A stretch of 64,000 nucleotides of DNA from a virus. Below are positions 20,901 to 28,855 of this stretch, one piece after another. The stretch lies in the IMG/VR virus record IMGVR_UViG_3300005758_000578, positions 32,001 to 96,000 of that record; one strand, given 5' to 3'. Position numbers and translations under genes: made by a program. The notes beneath the pieces are model-generated. The model was not told where the DNA came from. It made no database searches and saw nothing but the letters and a program-made list of their open reading frames with translations. Positions within the stretch are counted from its first letter, which is position 1, and each line of letters starts with the position of its first letter.

Positions 20901-23900
20901 AATGCTTCTCTTAAAGTTGGGTTATCATCTAAATAAAAACCTACAGCTTTTAAAAAGTCAAATACATTAAGTTTATTAATTGATGAAAAGTCTTCAAATA
21001 CCTTATCTATATTCAAGATAGGTGTTGATCCCTTCTTTCTAATTACATACTTAGATCGGTTAGTTAAAAATTTAGAATTAAAACTATTAACAATTTTTGT
21101 TGTATCACTAGTAGCTCTTTGAATATATGTAGAAACCTTAGTTGATGCAGATTTATCTTCCTCTTCTTCAATAGATGTAGAAAGTCTGTGTTCTATAATA
21201 GGTGTTACAGTTTTATTAAATGTTTGAGCAAATCCTAACCAACGTTTAAAATTAGCGTTATTAGTTTGAGATTGTTCAGGATCTCCTAATTTAGCAATTA
21301 ACTGAGCTGCTTCTGGAAAACTTTCTTGCAATCCAACTAACTTAGTATAGATCTCATCAAATGTATTTGAGTTAATTAAAGTTTTAGATATTGTACTCCA
21401 AGCTTTACCAAATTCAACAAGTTTATTAAAACCTAATCTATTCTTAATAGGTTCCCCATTTGCTTTTACTTGATATAAACTCTTAACCATATAAAGAGCT
21501 TGTTTAGAAGCTAACTCTTTTAATGATTTATCATTACCTGAACGGTCAAAACTATCTACTCCTGGATCTGATTTGTCTTCTTCTGCTTCAAGAACTTTTG
21601 CTTCAAAAGCTAAGTATTTAGATTTTTGTCTATGATAAGCAATAACACCTGACTTTTCTTTACCGGAAATAACATTATCTAAATCACCAAAGTTATTAAT
21701 AGCATACTCTAGTATCCGGATATTGTTTCTATCTATAGTATTTACACCATCAGGATCATTCTCAACCCTAGCAATTGTATCATTTAAAACATCTTGAAAA
21801 TACTGCTTAGTATTTTTATATAAGAAGTCTAATGCTCTTTTATCACTATAGATTGCTGAAATATTTAATCCAGTAGCATTAATAATTTCTGAGAAAGCAC
21901 CATCAACTGATTCATTAATTAATCTGCTATCAGATAAACTGATACTGGGTTCTTCTTCATTTAATGGATCTATACCTCTGTATAAGTTACCAAACTGCAT
22001 GTTCTCTACAGAGTAAGCATACTCAAATAGATTACCCAATCTTAAGTTATCATATAACTCTTTTACTAATGGTACAACAGTAGGATCTACAATATCAGTT
22101 TGACCGGTGAAGAAAGCTTTTACAATACGCCATAATTTCTGGAAGATACTTTCATTAGGCTTAACAAGAATTTTCTTACCATCAGATAATACATAACCTC
22201 TGAAGTCCTCAGCCAAGTATTCTTCTACTTGCTTATCAGTTGCATTAGCTAAATACTTAACCCCTTTTCTTACTGAATCATATAAACTTTGCTTTTGATC
22301 CTTTGTTAATAGTAACTGTGAGAATGCATGCCATGCTTCATGATATAAAGTAGTGTAATCTTTATTACCAGCTTTTGTAAATAATGTAATACCGCTAGAA
22401 CTAAATAGTCCTAATGCATCTGAGTTAGTTAAAGCAATTGCTTCATTAACCGGGATCATTGTAGAAAGCTTTACTTTCTCACCATCTACCATAACCTCTA
22501 AAGATCCATACCAGTCTTTAATCTTTTTAATCTCTTCAGGTGTAGTATTTACAGGTTTAAATCCGGCTCTCTTCAAACTATTGTTAATCTCATTAACAAG
22601 GTCCATATCAAATGTACCTTTAAAACCAGAAGGTGTAGTATTTACATTCTGATTCTTAATAATAGTTTTAGGTTTGGCTTTTACTTTAGTTTTAGTTTTT
22701 TTACCCTCTTCTTCAACTGGTACCTCTTCTTCCTTTTTCTCAGTTGGATACATTTCTTCTAATGCATCAATAGTAAATTCATACTGCAAACTGGGGTTAA
22801 AGGTTTTAATGGTACCATCATTACGCAACACGGTAAACACTACAGTATTCTGTCTTACAAAATCATTATAATCAATCTTAGTCTTTGTAAATTTGCCTGA
22901 CTTATAATTAGGTAAATCTATCTTACCATCAATATTATCTTTTGATATATTTATATAAGCGGTAGCTAACTGTTCTGCTATAAAATCTTCATCTGCTAAA
23001 TCCGGATTTTCAGAATCATATATTACATCCTTATCTGAATAGATACTTAAAATTGGTTTCTTATTAGTGTCATCGTAACTAATATTAAAAGTACCGTCAT
23101 TAACGTTATAGATATTCTCCAGTATACCAAATTTTACAGCATTTGATACTTTAGGATCCGCAATAAGTTTTGCAAGATTCTTAGCTAATTCATTAGATGT
23201 CTTAGTAGGAAATACTTGTACAAGATCTCCAAACTTATCTAATTTTAAAAATGTTTTACCAGAGTTGTCAAACTCTATATTACTAATAGTATCTGAAGTA
23301 ATGTTACTTACCTCAGTTAATTTAACCGGTGTATCAGATAATAAGTTAAAGCCAGATCTACCACCAACTATCTTTAATGGTAAAGCTAAACTCTTATTAC
23401 CTATAAAGGTTTTAATAAATTTATCTACTAACTCTACTTCTTTAGCTCTTTGATCCTCTAATTGTTTTCTTAAAACTTCTACATCTGGAATTTCCACTCC
23501 GGCTCTAGCAGCTTTAGCAATAGTTCTTTCTACTAGTTCATCTATAGGTGCAAGACTAGTCTCACCATTCTCTACAAATATGAACTCTCTTTTACCCTTA
23601 TTAGTATTAGGAGTGATGAAATCAGTTACGGGAATAATAGCACCTTCTGCTTCATCTTGACCTTCAATATTTGTAATATAACCTCTACTATTTACAAAGA
23701 TTTTCTTGTATCCATCTTTAGTAAAAGTAGCAAAAGATAACTGCGTAATTCTACTACCTCTAGATGTAATTGTATCAGTAGGAATCATATAGATACCTTT
23801 GATTTTAGTACCATTAGATGCAGTTATCTCTATTTGTTCAGCACTATCAAGATTTAGTTTACTTAGTCTATCTAGAATAGAGCGCATAAATGCATAGGTA

Positions 23901-24430
23901 GCAATCTTTTCAGGATCTGGATCTGCCTCACCTGTTAACTCACCTTCTTCATTTACCTCTTCTTCTTGACCAGTAGTAACTAAACCAGTAGTATGTTTTG
24001 CCTGGAATTCTATATCACTACTTAATTGTGTAGCTCTCTCTAATTGAGAACTAATAATCCCGGCTTTCTTTCTTACTTGCTCTAGTCTTTCTGGACTTAA
24101 TTCTTTTACTGCAAGATATTTTTCTACAACTGTAATATCTTCAAAGCTATCTCTAAGATCTAAAATATCATCAGTACTAATTTGATTATCTCTAAAATGC
24201 TTACGAATATTAGGATTCTTATTAACTATAGTGGCAATAATTCTTGGAACCAATTGTATGTAAGTTAATCCTAAACTAGTATCATTACTAGCAGCAACTA
24301 CTTGCTCATAAAATTGATTAATATAATCTTTTAAATTATAGGGTGTTTTGTTATCTGTAATAACAGATAAGTCTTTAAAAACTTTAGCGTAAAACTGCTG
24401 CTGTTGTAATGCGGATAGTGAACAATTCAT
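14984..24430 (-). CDS. Virion-packaged single-chain DNA-dependent RNA polymerase (crAss-type), cargo protein B
   Basis: 3148 aa; VRIPVQGLNS...KSGGDFDIDKL (DFDID at 18110-18124); GDGQGW, HKFS, KSGSK, NGWVDIEKD; N-terminal zincin HEAWH (22328-22342) with EEYLAEDF. Confidence 0.92.
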   Translation of the reverse strand: MNCSLSALQQQQFYAKVFKDLSVITDNKTPYNLKDYINQFYEQVVAASNDTSLGLTYIQLVPRIIATIVNKNPNIRKHFRDNQISTDDILDLRDSFEDITVVEKYLAVKELSPERLEQVRKKAGIISSQLERATQLSSDIEFQAKHTTGLVTTGQEEEVNEEGELTGEADPDPEKIATYAFMRSILDRLSKLNLDSAEQIEITASNGTKIKGIYMIPTDTITSRGSRITQLSFATFTKDGYKKIFVNSRGYITNIEGQDEAEGAIIPVTDFITPNTNKGKREFIFVENGETSLAPIDELVERTIAKAARAGVEIPDVEVLRKQLEDQRAKEVELVDKFIKTFIGNKSLALPLKIVGGRSGFNLLSDTPVKLTEVSNITSDTISNIEFDNSGKTFLKLDKFGDLVQVFPTKTSNELAKNLAKLIADPKVSNAVKFGILENIYNVNDGTFNISYDDTNKKPILSIYSDKDVIYDSENPDLADEDFIAEQLATAYINISKDNIDGKIDLPNYKSGKFTKTKIDYNDFVRQNTVVFTVLRNDGTIKTFNPSLQYEFTIDALEEMYPTEKKEEEVPVEEEGKKTKTKVKAKPKTIIKNQNVNTTPSGFKGTFDMDLVNEINNSLKRAGFKPVNTTPEEIKKIKDWYGSLEVMVDGEKVKLSTMIPVNEAIALTNSDALGLFSSSGITLFTKAGNKDYTTLYHEAWHAFSQLLLTKDQKQSLYDSVRKGVKYLANATDKQVEEYLAEDFRGYVLSDGKKILVKPNESIFQKLWRIVKAFFTGQTDIVDPTVVPLVKELYDNLRLGNLFEYAYSVENMQFGNLYRGIDPLNEEEPSISLSDSRLINESVDGAFSEIINATGLNISAIYSDKRALDFLYKNTKQYFQDVLNDTIARVENDPDGVNTIDRNNIRILEYAINNFGDLDNVISGKEKSGVIAYHRQKSKYLAFEAKVLEAEEDKSDPGVDSFDRSGNDKSLKELASKQALYMVKSLYQVKANGEPIKNRLGFNKLVEFGKAWSTISKTLINSNTFDEIYTKLVGLQESFPEAAQLIAKLGDPEQSQTNNANFKRWLGFAQTFNKTVTPIIEHRLSTSIEEEEDKSASTKVSTYIQRATSDTTKIVNSFNSKFLTNRSKYVIRKKGSTPILNIDKVFEDFSSINKLNVFDFLKAVGFYLDDNPTLREALENALLDRKSKETYIAFDYLIEALKKAKENKTIITNPIKFFRDPKQGNQSGYVNKILTLQAKYSSSDFSTGIMNPEGNMEYETSLRNSLSQIIDGLNKVTKLSDMLEDPQFNYLRAYHPDINPYSKHSYIMKSLFDSNGNRRKDVILSLENLSGVRRDFNGITVEGIKTNKLNKYDKFMFDVHAIILGKTPELPRHASKSSSYGVGMNKYYGEAGVDNLIVPIKDVARYGHDSAMPIILNYLSAELERIWYIKNIPSLQNVDSFKKNGTKIMAFDSVLSAATKAKLYELVDNAESIDDIVYSEELEKDIKKDSGKYFNNQIRTNYKIWTQISAVTGSVLLSPEIRTKIAEETRIGKGLDKTNKYANDPQAQLELINEVYTYNSWFNNFETQLFYGDASQFNHEKEEFPKRNASIASTGDFAILDNYTIDYLNNTSNNTYAEKEGLPKLRFDSAIKTTVLNDIEPESVYYSHYKQLLVSLGVSEERAEKILKPYKKITEGDGQGWITFDFYRNYLRSLNKWSDIQEDLYNDVINNPDSVDPKKVAEFFPVLKASYYGPLKTEKLNASGLHKFSLMPLIPTVIKGTNLEQFHKQLLEQGISYALFKSGSKISNITLEDGTIPNMYTDATKRTLYTGEYAINGINLNFFKNQLDIAPYFKGKVTLSSQLRTIIETNLYANGKPLKKEYKSIVERYEKAIDNYVKFYKQKLFKEVGLEFSADGKLIKGDPKDLIKAIQKELVRLEVPEHQMDILDVNEDGSLKYDFDSIINSNTIEKQLVSIIERKIVRPTVKGEQLVQVSSSGFENPKFTNPSKEDLLKYGTNGLAFYDVVNGKITPMQVKVALQGDFLKLLLTTHVDGKKVGTLERLNEMLKDKQWRDLNVETIRMVGVRIPVQGLNSIEYMEVGEFLPAEAGSIVIVPTELVAKSGGDFDIDKLSILMPNISISQTTDTIQESTYKQLLDEVFNKEASMTADDSTIRGIENEIIKSMIGIMEIKENFVQLITPNETDIVKPIADELAQFNRDYNPRAKAEFQDSAFTVSPTRMFETENNLYKHESNNIGKLTLGIGAVSNKYSVLLNRVGAYLDKTYNFLDNKGKQRTAKNRILFKHNKTEDGKISLSDLNSKDSAVYISDVISQLMNGWVDIEKDSWVFDMNAIYELIPTLLYMLQAGVDVKTAAYFLSQPLIKEYISTYRVLNGMYTKSLDTSGDSAKGPGFLKFKAKQYVIDKYGIFDEDDKRELKKRLKDPFLLKQLYNANTRKNPLGSKKSLTAAVDIMTKAYNVYAISDDNIKEIVQKQYKRSPLAKLAFIHFLEIEDQAQVMREISSSTNVDTKKSGNLYQAKSRLSKLEQLEEGSRLPNEITVKLENESSIAPFFIQDYILNVFKDYFPLRASNAINTYLTDIVNNNYNIIREEYGDVDSFVDLFRNDLLQFIIQNSIGSVDINTVKDYKGYAVSDTIDVEKVRGLKRSAVYYEGKIYLDRAKLREEYNNKTYSKAEYEETGLAKLPFDKRTDVIPLFSSEKQYTAFVLEREYLRATRDRGDFSEDIYEKGLVEDALHNVYNLKSMFFGPTSFPDKFEDIKNFIENRDYSLFDYLVYDSQQIKTGTKNATIKNLRLTGDTKDTDFLEDMNTQFEELSDINVEKHPDPIINREISEFFNKLSIFGFMQSGMNKSYLSFVPILSSNNFKEIIKENIDKFTKVLESDKGNTALYRYYKKFNEQNSRNNITKYRFKNYVVDNTIEKMGDEIPKLPEGTSSTLTPRVYTYSYGKMRTVGLINRYSGLVGVYSKAKDNTGTNVIASDTYLGNTSKVTGTTIGLPIFESFVGKPKYLNAANNADNMKLVEETVTSLIELYEAGKTLLFNTEGYGILNDDPNIDKAAYMELFKELYYNFGYKNPVFAEDPEFKEYIYSVQPINQVFEEDPDSAPDTEDQVVKEKEVTLIDGNIYPASAINSKMLEEMGYDEDTIGEILKEICG

Positions 24431-24434
24431 ATTA

Positions 24435-27400
24435 TTAACAACCTATATTATTAAAGAAATCATTATTTACATCTTTCTCAGACTTATTATTAGTCTGATC
24501 TTCAAGCTTTTTAGTAGCTTCTTCGTTATCTAAGAAGTCATCTATATTTTGTGAGTTGGTCTCAATAATCTTCTTCTCTTCTGCTGAAGGAGAAGGAACA
24601 TCTTTAGTACCAACTACTACATTGGCTTCTGTATCGTATAATGATTTTACCATTTTTGAGAAATCTTTCTTTAAAACTGTAATGCGTTTATTAGCATCTT
24701 TTGCCGGAGTCATACGCTCACCATACAAAGGTACTACAACTAATTTAGTACTTGTAACTTTCTCAACCAAACCAAACTTATTATCTCCAAATACTAATAC
24801 ATCTCCCTTTTTAACATTCTCATATTTTACAGACTTACTTAACTCTTGTTTACGAGACTCAATTGCTTGATTAATAGTATCAATATTAGTTGGATCTTCA
24901 GCTAGTAAATCTAAATCTAATTCTTCTAACATAGTATCTAATTCACTAAGTGACTTAGCTTTACTAATTGTATCTAGGATTGGTTGTAATGGATCAGTAA
25001 CTACTTCAGTTTCTGTAACTGGCTGTTCTAAAGCAACTAGTTCTGCGTTATATTTTACATCATCACTTTTAATGCCTACATCCATTTTACCAAACTGGGT
25101 AGTATAAACACTTACTACACTACTAAATCTTGAACTGGTAGGTGCTCTTTTTACTTTTATTACTGTAATCCTTGAGTCATCATCTAATCCTTCAAATATT
25201 TCTGCATAATCCTCGTCTAATGGAAACTCTTCTTTAAATTCTTTAAGAGTCATTGATTTACCTCCCAGTGTCTCAGTAGTATCTCCAACATTTGCTTCAT
25301 ACTCTGTGACACTTACTAATGTACCATCTAAATCTGTAATAGAATTAGTCTGACTTACGGTTCTTGTTTGACCTTTTCTATTTCCTTTTTCTACAATTTC
25401 AGAAGATATTATTTTTGTAGTTCTTTTTTCTATATTAGCTCTAGCATCTGTAGGTTGAGTAGAAGTAGGTTTAGCAGGTTCAGCTTTAGGTGCTTCTGCT
25501 GGTTTTGCTGGAGCTTTCTTTTCATTAAATGCTTTAACGTCTGCAGCATTCTCAGGATCTTTAAAGAACTTACTAATAATTCTTCTAACAGATGCTGTAC
25601 GTAAAAATCTATCTAATGGTAATTCATCTTCTCCATCAGCTTCTCTAGCAGAATTTTGTTGAGCTAATGCGGATCTGATTAAACCTTGTAGCTTAAGTGG
25701 TAATCCATTAAACTGTTTAACTGATTGAATTAAAGGTACACCCTCTTCTTGTTGAATCTCATCGGATACTGCAGGTTGCTCTTCTACTACCTCTTCTTCT
25801 GTAACGACTTCTTCAACTGGAGCTTCCTCTGTTTTTTCTTCAGTTACAATACCATCAAACTCGTTAATGATATTAAAGATGAGTAAAGACCTTGGATCAG
25901 TTTTATCAAACTCTCTATCTGAATTAAAATCTATAAATACTACATCTAGATCATTAATTACAGTCTTTACAAATTCGTCATAGTCTTTACTTACATCTTT
26001 AGGTAAAGAAGATAATTTTATACCAAAACCTCTATCAGCTAAAAACTGAATAAAGTCTCTAAGTTTTACAGAGTTAATGAAAGCCTTTCTAGCTTTTTGC
26101 ATATAGGCTACTTGTTTTTCTTGCCTATACTTTTGCTGTTCTATAAGTCTATTTACATAATTATAGAAAGTTTGAGGATCATATAATGAGTTTAGATTTT
26201 CTGTAAATATATTTACATCATCTGCTAACGAATAGTAATCCGTTACAATATTATAAGCTTCTTCAGATTGACCTTTAGAGATAGTTGTTCCGGCTTCCTG
26301 AGCTAGAGTATTGAAGTACTTAACAAAAGCATCTTTTAAAAATCTTTTATTCTTTAACTCTTGAGGATCAGATACATCTCCAACTTTTTCAAGATTTGTT
26401 TTATATAATTCTAAAGCTTTCTTCTTAGCTTTTTTATAGTTAAGAATCTTTAAAGTTTCTTTGTCTGTTGAACCAGTTAATGATTTGATTTCACTATCTA
26501 ATAAGTCTAACTCTTGTTCAAGATTATTAGAGTTTAATAAAGGTGTGATATCTGAATATGTTAACTTACCAATTGTACCAATAGCAGTAAGTCTATCGGT
26601 AAGATCACCCATTCTTTTTTGGGCCTGTTCTCTACCATGTAAACTAAATACAGCAACTTTTCTTGCCTCTTCAAATGCTTTATAGTTTATTACTTCTTTA
26701 ACATATGCATCTTTAGTTTCAGGATCTGATAGATTAGTTCTTCTAAATTTATTAGGATTAAAAGGATTTTTATAATCTGAAAATTCTTTATACTGTTCTT
26801 TAATTTGCTTAGCTCTTTCAATACTAACATCTAATATTTTTAAAGCTTGTTCATCAGTTACATCTTCAGTTAAATCAAAGGCTTGCTTTAATTCATCACC
26901 CTTCATATCCTTTAAATTCTGTAACTTTTCTATTAATAGATCAAACTTACCAGATTCTAATGCTGTATAGATACTGTTAAATCGGGCCATATCTTTTAGA
27001 TCATGGAAGGCTTTTTCATCAAAGTTCTTCCGGGCTTCTACCATATCTGTACCTAATCTAACTTGTGTTAGTAGATCTTCAATATCTAAGGTTAAAACCT
27101 TCTGACCATTCTTAATAGCATCATCTAATTCGCTAACTATATTTTTAAATCTTTCTTGTTCTGCTTTATATAACTGATTGTACTTTTCAGGATCATTCTT
27201 TATATAGTTATAATAGATATTAGAACCTGCTCTTCTTGATACGTTAGCTAAATTACCAGCAATACCAGTAAGACCACCCATTAAGAATCCTGATGCAAAC
27301 ACTTCAAGACCTTGCATAGATGCTTGTTTCTTAGTATTCTCATAAGCATCAGCTAAGTAGATCATAATACCTCCAGCTTCTGGAGTATCATATAATCTAT

Positions 27401-28847
27401 CATAATAATTTTTAGAGGCACCTGCTACAACTTCTTGAGAAATTTCTTGAAGACCTTCAGATAGATTTCTCTTAAAGTATTGAGCTCCAAAACTTAAATA
27501 CTCTTTTGGTTTTAATATTTTCTTAGCTGCTTCTTTTGCAGTTAATACTGTAGCACCTTCTGTACTTGCAATGATTTGTTCTCCAGTTAGTGCTGATCTT
27601 GCAATAACATCATTTGTTGGAGCATTTAACATTGCTGATTTGCCTTTAAATAAGTTATTAAAAGTAATAGCATTAGTTAAATATATAAGAGGAGTATTAA
27701 TAGCACTTGTAGTAAAACCAGCATCACTAGCTAAACTATAAATTCTATTCATCTCTTCTTGCTCTGGATAATATCCATTCTCTGCAACAAATTGATTTAT
27801 CTTATCATCAATAAACTCATTCTTAACAGCACCACCTTCCATAGAAGCTTCAGCAACTGTATATCCAACTTGCTTAAGATCTAATATAAAATCACCAACA
27901 CCTCTTACAGCATTAGCATAACCAATCACATTGTCTCCAGCATTTATTGTATTTCTAACATTTGATAATGTTCTTGGTACAAGCGCTTCTGCAACACTCT
28001 TAACACCTTGACCAAGACGTGTAGCATCTAAACCTTTAATAGCACTGTATGCTTCTCTTGCACCATTAGCAGTAAATAACTTACGCATATTAGCTAAGTC
28101 TTTAGCTGCTTTAACTGTTTTAGCAGAACTAGCTCCCAAAGCTGCTGGTAAAGTAGCACCTTCTGTTAGGGCAACACTACCCGCAATTACAGCTTCAGTT
28201 AATAAATAGTCACCAACAATACCTGCTACAAATCCAGATTGTAATAATAAGTTAGAGGCAAACTGTGTAGCACCACCTTTAGTACTACCATACTCTGCCA
28301 TAATCTGAGCAAACTCATCAGCTGCTTTTTCATCAGTCATTGAGAAATCACCGGTAAGCATCTCACCCATTCCTCTATAACTAGACTTTACTACAGATAA
28401 TCCTAAAGCTGGAACACCTAGTAATCCTCTGCCAAGATCTTCATACCAAGATCTATTTTGATTATAGATCTCATCATTATTAGATAAAGGATCAAAACCT
28501 AACTTATAGAAGTTATCATTGTCATTGTAATATCTATTAAAGTTAGTTTTCTGATATCCGGATTGAAAAGTTTTAATCTTAGACTTTTCAAAAACAAGAT
28601 CAGATTCAGTAATAGGAGATGATAAAACATCCTTAGTAATATCAAAAGGATTATTTTTACTATAATTTACTTCAAATCCTCCGGTAGGAACTGCTGGTAT
28701 ACTAACATCTTCATTGTAAGGAACCAACTGTGCACCAGACGGTAAAGAATTCATACCATCTACAAATACCATATCTGGTCCTTGTAATGAATTAGGTATA
28801 CCGGGCTCTATACCTGGAGGTGGTAAAATGTTTTCAAAATCCGCCAT
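24435..28847 (-). CDS. Giant cargo/ejection protein A with possible membrane-inserting segments
   Basis: 1470 aa; Gly/Ala-rich hydrophobic stretches, SEGLQEISQ, FASGFLMGGLTG, long helical region; directly upstream of the RNAP. Confidence 0.75.
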   Translation of the reverse strand: MADFENILPPPGIEPGIPNSLQGPDMVFVDGMNSLPSGAQLVPYNEDVSIPAVPTGGFEVNYSKNNPFDITKDVLSSPITESDLVFEKSKIKTFQSGYQKTNFNRYYNDNDNFYKLGFDPLSNNDEIYNQNRSWYEDLGRGLLGVPALGLSVVKSSYRGMGEMLTGDFSMTDEKAADEFAQIMAEYGSTKGGATQFASNLLLQSGFVAGIVGDYLLTEAVIAGSVALTEGATLPAALGASSAKTVKAAKDLANMRKLFTANGAREAYSAIKGLDATRLGQGVKSVAEALVPRTLSNVRNTINAGDNVIGYANAVRGVGDFILDLKQVGYTVAEASMEGGAVKNEFIDDKINQFVAENGYYPEQEEMNRIYSLASDAGFTTSAINTPLIYLTNAITFNNLFKGKSAMLNAPTNDVIARSALTGEQIIASTEGATVLTAKEAAKKILKPKEYLSFGAQYFKRNLSEGLQEISQEVVAGASKNYYDRLYDTPEAGGIMIYLADAYENTKKQASMQGLEVFASGFLMGGLTGIAGNLANVSRRAGSNIYYNYIKNDPEKYNQLYKAEQERFKNIVSELDDAIKNGQKVLTLDIEDLLTQVRLGTDMVEARKNFDEKAFHDLKDMARFNSIYTALESGKFDLLIEKLQNLKDMKGDELKQAFDLTEDVTDEQALKILDVSIERAKQIKEQYKEFSDYKNPFNPNKFRRTNLSDPETKDAYVKEVINYKAFEEARKVAVFSLHGREQAQKRMGDLTDRLTAIGTIGKLTYSDITPLLNSNNLEQELDLLDSEIKSLTGSTDKETLKILNYKKAKKKALELYKTNLEKVGDVSDPQELKNKRFLKDAFVKYFNTLAQEAGTTISKGQSEEAYNIVTDYYSLADDVNIFTENLNSLYDPQTFYNYVNRLIEQQKYRQEKQVAYMQKARKAFINSVKLRDFIQFLADRGFGIKLSSLPKDVSKDYDEFVKTVINDLDVVFIDFNSDREFDKTDPRSLLIFNIINEFDGIVTEEKTEEAPVEEVVTEEEVVEEQPAVSDEIQQEEGVPLIQSVKQFNGLPLKLQGLIRSALAQQNSAREADGEDELPLDRFLRTASVRRIISKFFKDPENAADVKAFNEKKAPAKPAEAPKAEPAKPTSTQPTDARANIEKRTTKIISSEIVEKGNRKGQTRTVSQTNSITDLDGTLVSVTEYEANVGDTTETLGGKSMTLKEFKEEFPLDEDYAEIFEGLDDDSRITVIKVKRAPTSSRFSSVVSVYTTQFGKMDVGIKSDDVKYNAELVALEQPVTETEVVTDPLQPILDTISKAKSLSELDTMLEELDLDLLAEDPTNIDTINQAIESRKQELSKSVKYENVKKGDVLVFGDNKFGLVEKVTSTKLVVVPLYGERMTPAKDANKRITVLKKDFSKMVKSLYDTEANVVVGTKDVPSPSAEEKKIIETNSQNIDDFLDNEEATKKLEDQTNNKSEKDVNNDFFNNIGC

Positions 28848-28855
28848 TATAATTT

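Noticed and set aside
14984-24430. Intein or split in the RNA polymerase
   Set aside because: No internal Cys, no LAGLIDADG-like block and no recognisable splice junction; the ORF is continuous.
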